Positions 1-10,200 of a DNA stretch of 64,000 nt are shown in pieces. A model generated the notes under the pieces. It had not been told where the DNA came from and ran no database searches. It saw nothing but the letters and a program-made list of their open reading frames with translations. How positions within the stretch are numbered: position 1 is the first letter of the stretch; each line of letters begins with the position of its first letter. Origin of the DNA: Klebsormidium nitens. Taxonomy: Eukaryota > Plantae > Klebsormidiophyceae. The position numbers were made by a program, and so were the translations under genes. The stretch is from NCBI GenBank assembly GCA_000708835.1, contig DF237122.1, positions 62,001 through 126,000 of the forward strand, read 5' to 3'.

Positions 1-331
1 CAAGGAACAATAAGAAAGGGACTCATTGTTACAGGCACTGAGATAATATTGCCAATGATTCTTTCATGTAAGGTCATTTCTGTGATCTGTAGCGTACTTG
101 ACAATGAGCCCCCCTACTTGTAATAAATCCCGAGGCGGGATTCCAACAAAGCTATCCCAACGGATCGCAAAAAGCCTACGCTCGCCCAATCACTTGCTTT
201 TGTCGATTCGACATCCTGGATTGGACATACTTTTCTTTTGCGCTTTCTGCGCTACTAGTCGATAATACATGCTAGATTTTTGTACCCCCCCAAATTGCTT
301 CCTGAGCGTCATTCTCGATACCTTCCCCTCT

Positions 332-823
332 CACAGCGCTGCTTTCAGTACTTAAGCCGAGACCCTGTCCTCTTCCCCCTTCTTGCACTCCTAGATGAAA
401 TCTCACACGAAATACATCCTTCCACCCCCCATAATCGTCATCTCTGCCCTTTTCCACCATACAGCGCTGCCGTCAGCACGCCGAGACCCTGTCCTCTTCC
501 CCCCTCAGGCGCTCCTTAACGAGAGCTCACACGAAGTCATCCTCCACCCCCCTAAATGTCACACGGACCGTTATCCTCTGCCTCTTTCCCCCTTGCAGCG
601 CTCCCGTCAGCACGCCGAGTCCTGTCCTCTTTCCCCCTCCGGGACTCCTCAATAAAACTTCACACGACATCCTCCTTCCACCCCCATCATCTCATGCTGA
701 CCCCCTTGGGCGCTCCTTCACCAGATTTCACACGAAATTTTCCTTCCACGCCCCACATATCATACTCACCGTCATTCGCTGCCCCTTTCCCCCTTGCAGC
801 GCTGCCGCCAGCACGCGGAGACC
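332..823 (+). repeat. Degenerate tandem array of intron-3'-end plus exon-start units (3 decoy copies and the functional acceptor)
   Basis: The pattern 'cag|cgct(g/c)c..tcag(c/t)ac....gag(a/t)cc' follows AG at 336, 464 and 598 and at the functional acceptor at 799 (spacing 128, 134, 201 nt). Shared pyrimidine-rich intron text (ctgtcctcttcccc, cacacgaa, ccttccacccc) recurs between copies. Confidence 0.85.
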
Positions 824-1897
824 GGCATGGACCTCGCGCGCCAGCTTTGCACCACGGACGGCTGCGAGAAGCGCCGGCGCTACGGCTGGGCGATGAAGAA
901 GCCGATCAAGTGCCGGGAGCACGCCGAGACGGGGATGGAGAACGTCATCCCGTACGAAAAGTGCCAGGGCTCGGACGGCGACGACGTGTGTACGAAGCGT
1001 CCGAATTACGGGTGGCCGGGGCAGAAGAAGCGCACGCACTGTAAGGCGCACTGCCAACCGGGGATGGAGGATTTGAACAACAGAAAGTGCGGGTGCCCGG
1101 ACGGGACCATGGTGGGTTGCAAGCTGCGGCCGAAGTTCGGGTTCCCAGGTGAGCGGTTCGAAGATTCGGGGGCCGACTTCGCTTCAGGTTTGACATTAAC
1201 TGAGAGTGCGTTTTCGGATTCAGATTCGGACTCTGGGTTTTGGGGCAGGGTCATAGTTTCGCGTTGAGGTTCTACGTGAGGTTCGGTGCCTAGGGCTAGG
1301 ATCGACTTCCAGATTGCCTTCCTATGGCCTTTGTTTCTTGGTACGGTAGATTTGCGTAGCAGCGATTGTCGGATAGCTTGCATTGTAAAGGTGAAGAGAC
1401 GATGAGTTTCTGTCACTCCTGGCCTCACGTCACACGAAGTTGAGAGGGCGGACTCGGCCTCGTGCTACGTTCTCTCTTCCTCCCTCTCCTGCTTTTCGTC
1501 GTCCTCTGAAAGAGTACTTTTCGATTGTGTAGGCGAGAAGGCGTCCCGGTGCAAGGCCCACGCAGAAGAGGGCATGGTCGACGTGGGGCACGCTAAGTGC
1601 GAGATCGCGGGTTGCATGAAACGAACACAATATGGGTGGGCGGGGGGCGCATCCAAACCCACCCGGTGCAAAGGCCACACCGAACCTGGCATGGTAGACT
1701 TGACGAAACGGGTGTGCGCGTTTGACGGGTGTAAGGGGAAAGTTGTCACGGGCCCCCCGAAAGAGACAAGCTGGCGGTGCGAGGCGCATGCAGAGCGGCA
1801 GTCGGTGCGCGTGTTGGAGCTGCGGGCGAAGGCGGGGCTTGAGGCGCAACCGGCGGCCGGGACGCCGGCTGGGTTTGTGATGGGCGCGGTCGGCTGA
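800..1897 (+). CDS. EsV-1-7 (IMM-like) cysteine-rich repeat protein, last two exons (800-1148, 1533-1897); upstream exon(s) not identified, probably left of the window
   Basis: About 5-6 repeats of C-x2-H-x3-4-GM-x6-7-C-x3-9-C-x4-6-G, e.g. RCRQHAETGM, KCREHAETGMENV, HCKAHCQPGMEDL, RCKAHAEEGMVDV, RCKGHTEPGMVDL. The phase-1 GT-AG intron 1149-1532 joins the two ORFs in frame. Confidence 0.8.
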
Positions 1898-3180
1898 TGC
1901 CGGGAGGTCGGGTACTGTTCGGGCTGATTTTTTTTTGACACCGTAGTGTTGAACAGATTGAGTAAGAGGCTCACGTCATCGTTGCTCACGATGTCTTCTT
2001 CGTGAGGGCTCTGTCACGAAGCCGTTGTGGAATCTGTCCGCACTGCATTTCTGCAGATAAGAGTGCGGTTCCTCTCTGCTTCAACGTATATAATCCTTGC
2101 TGCACAGCCAGGTTTTCGGACACACCTGTCAAGCCCAAAAAGTTTTGCTAGCCATGGCTGCATTTATGATATGCAGGGACATGCATATCTATTCGTATTT
2201 CGACCGAGTTACTATGCGCCTGGCGTATCTGAACCTACGTGTGCGGCTGGCCAGTGCATCTAATCAAGAGCTCTAGACTCAATGCATGTGTGTTCGACTG
2301 AGTATACCTATATGGACTGCATGAACCAGGATTCCGATCGCACCCTTATGCATAAGCTACCTCAACGTGATCAAGGCATGATCATTGTTTCATGCATGGT
2401 TGAGCGGATTAGCTATGCACTGAGATTGTCACGTTCCTTTCACATGGTGCAAATGCATGATGCAGCCGAGCTGAGCGATCATGCATGAAAACACTGAGTT
2501 TTATGTGCATCCATACGACGGTTTGCATATGTATTTATGCAAGATCTTCTGATCTGCGCGGATAAAACATGTCCGCGTCTGTGAATCTCGAAACATGAAC
2601 TGACGGTTGTCGCAATTTCATCTTCGTAGAACAATCGATTACGAGATGCAGGAGTTGCCGAACCTTAGGTTAGATTCCAAGCTTCGTGAAGATAAGCTCA
2701 AATAGACTATCAATGTTTTTCATAGGTAAAGTTTGCGCCCTAACTAAGTTTGACTAAGCCTAAATGTAGAGCCTGAACGTAGATGCCTCTTAGGTCGAGG
2801 TTTGCGCTTCTTAAGGAGCCTTACAGGACTGATATTGGTTAACGTGCAGAACCGATACTCTTGGACAAGTTTGGTCCAGTCTGCTCCCTTGCGTCTTTCT
2901 CAGCGACATGTATTTGACATGAACGCAAAAGTGGTAAGATGCACTTGTTTGTCAAAGGGACTAGGTAATCTACCAAAAGAACAATTGGGGTCTGGACGCC
3001 TGTGACCGTCCCCAGGAGCCTGCTCCGCTGATGCGGAGCATAACCTTCTACAAGCTGCATCGTCTGAGGAACTTTCAAAACCTGCAGCGGAGGTGACGCC
3101 TAGCGGACTCAACCCCTCGCAAGCGCAACCAGTCCCCGAATGGGCACCAAACACCCAAGTATAACCGAACGCTGTACATT

Positions 3181-5927
3181 TTACATTGTCACCCCATCAG
3201 CTACTTCGTTCAACTCCAGTGGACCCGCGAAATCTGCATCCTCTCCCATCTCAAGCGCCTCTTGCGGTTGCGCTACGGCCCCCGATCTCTGTTTCTTGGC
3301 GGTCCCCGGATCCTTCTTCGCGGCAGCCCCGCTCGCCTTCCGTTTCCGAACCATCCCCTCTTCTTTGTGCAGCTCGCACCGCTGCGCGCAGTCCCTCCCA
3401 AAGGCAAATTCGGGAGCTCGGTAGCAGTCGCCGAAGTTGCAGCGTTTGGTCACGATGTCCTCCATGCCCGGCTCCGCGTGGATCTGGGAAAATTACGTTC
3501 AACTCGGACATCAGTTCGGACGGCCGCAATGTTTTGCAAGCTCGCGAGAGGGATTATTGGTCGATGCAACTGTGCTATTAAAAGGCTGGGTTGGAGGGGG
3601 AGATATCGTACAATTGCCAAGGCAGGCATCGATGGATGAGGAAGGGGGTGAAGCGTTTGGCATAGGAAATTGGGCGCTCGTTATGCCTCAACTCAGCTGA
3701 TTATGAACACAAACGAAGCTTGAGGTTTAGGGTCAGAATATCGTGTGGAGGAGAGGTCTTCAGGCACAGCGAGTCTGCCTCCTAAAAGCACGTGGGTTGT
3801 AGTCCTAGAAATCTATCTCAAGAACGACTTCCAGAGAACGAGAACTTTGTTGGTGAATTTCTCTCCAAATGAAACAAAGCTTGACAGAGCTTATCTGAAC
3901 AGGCAGAATTAACCAATCTACGAGGGTGCCGATGAGAACAGGCAGTGAGGGGAGGTCAATTTATGGCTAGACCCCCTGCGATGCGTTGGATGCCCAGCTG
4001 TAATCCTGTTGTTCGAAATTGACCCGACCATCGTCGGGATAAGTCACAAGAAAGACATATATATTCCTCACACCCAAGTAGTTTATCGAGCAGCGAGTGA
4101 AGGGCAGGAAAAGGAAACAGAAAGCCGAAAGCGAGAGCGCAGAGACGATGGGTTGAAGCAAGGGCCAGAGGAAGGCTGGGCGGTGCGCTGAGGGAAATGG
4201 GGGATGAGGGGAGGAGTACTTAAGATGCTGAAAGGCCGAAACGGAAGGGGAAAGCCATGCGAACTACGCTCTGTCATCCCAGCAAGACAAGAACGAAGCT
4301 TCCGAACAACGCCGAGTACACTCTGGTAATCGGAAAAATGACAGACCAAAGCTTTCCATCCAAGAAGGAAGCTGACATACTTGAACAAGTATAATCAACG
4401 GGCTGACTCAGGACACAGCCAAAGTAGGTCGATCCCAACAGACTGGCAACGCACCTTGCAGCGCGAAGGCCGCAGATCGCCAGCGCGCCCAAACGACGGC
4501 CGCCGGGAGCAAGTCTCCTCCTCGCACAGGCTGTGCATGACGTCCCTCATGTCAGGCTCGGCATGCGCCTTGCACTTGACGGGCTTGAGCTTCTCCCAAC
4601 CAAACACGGGCCGCTTGGCGCAACCATCAGTGGTGCAGCGTTTCGAGATGACGTTCTCCATGCCAGGAGCGGCGTGGATCTTGCAGCAGGTCTGCCTGTC
4701 AAGCGTCAAAGAAAAGGGGCGGTTTGCAGTTTTCCCCTTAACGAAACGAGGGGTGTCTGCTAACCGTCTGTAGTTGATACATGGAAGCTAGGTCCTTGAG
4801 TCTGTCCATGTTATTACCAGCTTTAAGAATCTCTTATCCGTACGAAGTTCGCTAAGAAACCGCACTTATCCTTGTTCCTGTGAATGAGAATTGGCTTGAC
4901 ATTGTTCGCTGCCGAATGCGTCTAAAATCAGTGGCAGTGGCAAATATCGAAACCATACATTGCATCAAAGCTTCAGAACAACGCTGCTCGTATTCTGCCT
5001 GCACCGCTCTCCTTCATGAAATGCCAGAGAGCTCCAAACAAAGCTGCGGCAAAACGCCATGAAAGCCTTAAAAGACAGAACGAAACAAATCCCCTCACAT
5101 GTGCCCTGGCCACCCAAAGCTTGAATGCTTTGTGCAAAGGAGGCCCTTCCCACACCGCTTCTTGGGGACGTACTCTTCCATTCCTACGGTGGCGTGCGCA
5201 GGGCACGTCTCTGGTTTCCAGATGGGCCAGCCATAGGTGGGTAACTCTGTGCAGCCATCTGCAACGAGCGGAGAAATTAGAAGACCCTGAATGTAATACA
5301 CTTGTGCGACAAGAAGAGTTTGACCATGATTCGGTGGCGTAAAGTGTCACGAGAAAAGAACCCAATTGAGCGACCGCAGTGATCTACAAGACTTTGAATG
5401 ATATTCTTAATCAGAAACATCAAGTCAAAATGGTGAGAACCAGTGACTAATCTCTGCTTTACCAACACCCACATGGAAAATTCATAAGAGCATCAGCCTC
5501 CTTTTGCGACATTCAGCCTCAGTTGAAGAGAAGTAAGAGGAATTACCGAGGGAGCACAACTCCGACCTGTTGGCAGTGTTGCAAACATGGCAATGCAGCA
5601 CAACATAAGAGTCTGACATCAAAAAGAGCGACGGAGGGGGTTGACAACAGAAGAAGATGACGAGACATGTTTCGAACCTGCAGCACAGGCAAGCCTCCTC
5701 TTCTTGACCCCCCTCTTTTCCGACATGCTGACATAGTGCGTCTCTTCATAGCTCGGCCCTGGGCTTTTCTCTGAGAAGCTGCGCACCCCTTGCAGAACAT
5801 TAAGTGCATCCTGCAGCTGCTGAACCACTTCTGCCTCCGTCTTGCTGCGCAGCAGCTTGGCAGCCTGCCGACGCAGCTTCAGCAGCATGGCCTCCACCTC
5901 AGCAAACGCTACCAAAGAGGCCTCCAT
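3181..5927 (-). CDS. Second EsV-1-7 cysteine-rich repeat protein with an N-terminal predicted helical segment and a basic C-terminal NLS-like tail (multi-exon)
   Basis: Exons encode MEASLVAFAEVEAMLLKLRRQAAKLL (about 5927-5680), CPAHATVGMEEYVPKKRCGKGLLC (about 5250-5100), CCKIHAAPGMENVISKRCTTDGCAKRPVFGW...RCK (about 4697-4455) and IHAEPGMEDIVTKRCNFGDC...RCELHKEEGMVRKRK (3483-3181). The exact 5' exon joins and the 3' end are uncertain. Confidence 0.7.
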
Positions 5928-7251
5928 GATGATGCGCCTCCGCGCCTTTCTCACCACTGGCACAAGTCTAGGAATCGCCCGCAGCAGCGCAGCTCTGGAA
6001 ACAGCTCCGTATCACTATCTAGCAGATTGACCCGAGTTGACCCCAGCACCGGTGGTTCGGACCGGGTGAGTACAGTGCCGGGGGAAAGCGCCAACAGGAA
6101 CCGTTGTGCTCCGCCCGTGAGCGAAATCAGAGACGAGTGGGCCGTTTCTTGGAGGAGTGCTGAGAACCGGCTTCTAAGTGGTCGGTAGCTTAGGTCCCGG
6201 GTACCAAATTTTCACTGACGATTTTGGGTCTTATACCCTATGGCGCAACTAGGCGCTTATTGTCCATAAGGTATGAAGCTGCCAGTAGCTGATGGGGGCC
6301 ACTAGCTAGCTAGCTAGCGCTCGCTAGCTCGCAAGTTGCTGTTGCTTGGCCAATCAGCGTCGTGAGTGGCAGCTGCGTACTGGCTGTGGCTTGGCGCAGC
6401 TTGCATGCAAACTCCAACTTGCTCAGATTCTCTGCTCGTTCTCAAGCGCTCAGAGCCCCAGTGCATCTGGAGAGATCTGAACACAGAAAGAGAGCCAGTG
6501 CATGAAGCCTTCAGAAGCAGCATTCTTGTTCAGAAATGGCATCAGAAAACTTTTTGCACACCATCACGGACAAGTTTCCTTAAAAGCAGCAGCTGCAGAG
6601 GAGTTTCTGAGTTACCTTGAGCATCAGGAAAAGGAGTAAAACATATCCATGCTCATGTCCAACGCCAGCGCCAGCTTCATGCAGGCTTGATTGAAGCAAT
6701 CAAGGGAGGGCGCCAGCTCGATTTTGGCCTCAGCTTGGTCCTTGTTGGTATTGAAATTGAGGATCAAAAGAAGACTCCGTCGCAAGTAATTGTGCGCTGA
6801 TCAACCACCTGGTCAGCTCTTTGCCATTGCAAAGAAGAGTTGAAGATGGGGGCATTTGGGACCACAATTGTGAGATTCTTGCTACGATCTCTTATCTGGT
6901 GCTATTCTTGATTTTCCAGAAAGGGAGGAAGAATCTGAGAAGCCCGCCTGATCTCTATTCCAAAGATAGCATCTGGGACATCAAGATAGTCATTTGTCTC
7001 CAAACAAAAGAGAGCATGCGGTCTGCTTATCAATCTCTTGGCTTGTCAAGCAAACACCTTGAATTGAAGCACACCTCTATATTGAGATTCTATACGATCG
7101 CATGCGACGGAAGCATCTCAAATTACTCTTTGAAGGACTTTGTGTGCTCGTTCGGTCCTGGTTTTGCTTTTGAGACCCTTTGATTGACTTTGCCACCCAC
7201 TATCGCAGGATGGTCGAAGCATCGCTCTCAGTGGGGAGCCTCTTTTCCCAG

Positions 7252-10200
7252 GCTTCGACCGCAAAGAGTTCAGCAAAGCCGATAAAGATGCGGCCCGTTC
7301 ACAAAATTACTTCAAGGACAGGACGCCGAGCATCACTCTACGCAATCAGATACAGCTGTCCACCTATGGTGATGCGATCGGCGGGGACCTTGAGCATCTG
7401 AAGAAGTTCGTTGATGAGCACCTTGGAGGTGAGGACAGATTTTCTTCTGTATGACTGGTTTCTTTGCGCATGAGGTGGTGGTAGCTTTTCAAAATTTGTC
7501 ATGAAAGGTCAGCTTCTAAATAGCCTGGGTAGAAAAGGAAATGCTTTTCAGACTTCTTTCTATTCATCGATGTTGACATTCCCAGCTCATGATGCGAGCT
7601 TTGATCTTTCATGGTGTGCTCTGATCTTTCATGGTGCGGACAGGGAAGCCTCAAATCGATGCACTTTCTTATCTCCTTTGGGTTTACTATTTTGTTGCTC
7701 CTTTAGGAAAGTAATTGAGAGCAGTCTCCACTTGCAAACACTTCCATTTTGTTGCCAAGGCAATATTCACAAATATCTTAAGTGCCTTGATACTGGTACG
7801 GCTGTCTCTCTCTCGGTCATCTTGAGGGCGCCTTCGCTCTGTCATCTTGACGGCGGCTTTCTAAACTAGTCTGATGCTGCCTGCAGGCGCCTTGGGTAGT
7901 GTCCACCTGCTGCCGATATACCCCTCCTCAGGCGACAGGGGTTTTGCGCCGTTGACGTATCATCAGATCGATCCCGAGCAGGGCAGCTGGGATGATGTTC
8001 GGGAGTTGGGCAAGGAGTATGACTTGGTTCTTGACTTCATGCTCAACCACGTTTCGGCCCAGTCAAAGATGTTCAAGGACTATCTGGCCAAGGGGGAGAA
8101 GTCGGAGTATGCTTCCATGTTCATGGATTGGGACAAGTTTTGGGGGGAAGGTGAGCTGCGGCCGGCTTTGTTCAAACGGTTCGGCTTGTGAACAGAGTAC
8201 TGATGCCTGTCCAAGTTTCCCTGATGCATTGGTTGAGGCTGGGAAACGCTTTTCAGTCGTTGTCTGGTCGTTCTGATGCACTCAAGGCGCGAGGAAAGCC
8301 CGTTCATAACTCTATCGTCATTCAAGAGAGATTGCAAGCACAGATTGCGCCTGCTCATCCTTTTCTCTGCTGACATCGAAAGCACACTTGCGCTTGGTCA
8401 ACAACGCTGAGTTCCGAAAGTAAACCCATAGTAAAGGCTGGCAATGTCTTCAAGGTCGTAAGTCTTCCACATGCGTTCATAGACGTGTTCCAGGCATAGA
8501 AAATATCCAACAAAACCCGATTGGAAGATCGGGAGATGAGGGGAAAAGTAGAGCCACTGTAAGCAAAGACTTGAAAGGGACAAATGTCAATCGAAGCAGG
8601 ACAATTGACTTGAAGGCGACTGAAGAGAGAACAATCTTGCATTTTTGTGTCTCAGGTGGTCCTGGAGAGAAGGATCTCGCGAGCATCATAACACACCAGG
8701 GCGACCTTCCGATGATCGAAGTGACGCTCGAGGACGGAAGCAAGAGACGGCTTTGGAACACGTTCGGACCCGAGCAGATTGACATCGACCCCAAGTCCCC
8801 AGCAGGTAAGCAGAGTGTCGTGTCAGAGTGAGGTTATGTTGCTTAGGACGTGAACTTAAACACAAGTATCAGCATCTGAAACTTTCCGTTCTGTGAGTCC
8901 TTGACCAACTGCTCGATCGGCTCGTTTGCTTGCTCTTGGTTTTGTCCTCGAATGATATTCTGTTAGTGCTTCGTCCACGTCTCAATCTTCCTTACGCAAT
9001 TAGGCGTGGCTTGGAGAAGCCTGAGCGTGTGTCTCGACCGCTTGGCTGATTGCCCCTCACTTCAATACGTAGCCTGCATCCCACTTACTACGCTTTCTCC
9101 GCGCAGGCTGGAACTTCGTTACGAAGTCGATCAAAAACCTTTGCAGCCACGGGGTGAAGGTCATTCGGCTGGACGCCTTTGGGTGCTTCACGAAGAAAGC
9201 GGGTTCGGAGTGCTACTTTGAGGTGGGTGTACTTGATTGCAACAAACGCTTCAAGTGGACCACAGCCCGAAAAAAGCGGACTCGTTTTGTGATCAAAATG
9301 AGTAGCTTATGTTTGGCCAGTGCAGATGCGTTTGGAAGCCGAAGAAACATTAAAGTGATGGTTGACTGCTTGTGTTCACAGTTTGTCTGTATATTGTAGC
9401 GGAAAGTGTACTTGCGGTCGGTTGCCTATCTTGTTCCCCAAAGAGCTGCCCCAAGTTGTGGACACACGTCCCGAAAGCCGACTCGTGTTGCCCTGGTCGA
9501 CACTAGCTGACACGTGTTCCCTTTGCAGGAGCCAGAGGTGTTCGACATGCTGGATAGAGTGGGGAAGCTGATGGAAGAGTCTGGGACGAGGTGAGGGCAT
9601 TTTACATCGTTCCTGTTCTCAAACGCGTCTCGTGATGTTGGAGATGCAAAGGTTTTGGTATCATGCTACTCGACATGGTCCGCTGCAGTATTCGAAGACT
9701 GGGGTGCTTTTGAGTTGATTTAAATAGTCGGTAATCTGGACGGTGTTGCGCCGCTGCCGTAATCTCCCTTTGCACAGCTTGCTTCTGCTTTCTGTGCTTT
9801 GTATCGAAGCTGTTTTCTCCTTGTTGAAGCAATTCTGAGCCTGTCGGTTGGATGTGCGAAGCTTGAAAAACTTTACTGGGCCGTACATTTGTTCTTGATA
9901 TCTCGACCCTCGGAGTCAGCCCTTGGAGTCATAGTTTGTTGCCCCACTCTGTGGTTCCCTGTCTTCTGCTCTTCCGTTCGTGAAATAGATGATGAGCACC
10001 TCAACCCAGATTTGTCATATCCCCCACACGTCCTCTCGAACTCCCCATATTCCGCCCAGGTTGTCGGGCGAAGTTACCTTTGTTTCGTAAACCACTTACA
10101 TCAACAATCTCTTCCTCATTGGAATTGCGGACATACTCTTACCACGATCCTCAACCTCCGGCCAGGTTGCTGTGCGAGGTCCATCAGGACTACCGGTCCA

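Noticed and set aside
800-5927. Endogenous giant-virus insertion
   Set aside because: No NCLDV hallmark genes (capsid, polB, packaging ATPase, primase) are recognisable. The EsV-repeat genes have spliceosomal introns and sit among host genes.
6290-6335. GCTA-type microsatellite-like run (ctagctagctagctagcgctcgctagc)
   Set aside because: A short simple repeat with no further structure.
6366-6790. In-frame TGA at 6618-6620 between two open segments upstream of the GH13_18 gene, read as selenocysteine or readthrough
   Set aside because: No SECIS element or homology supports it. An unresolved intron or non-coding 5' UTR is more parsimonious and needs cDNA.
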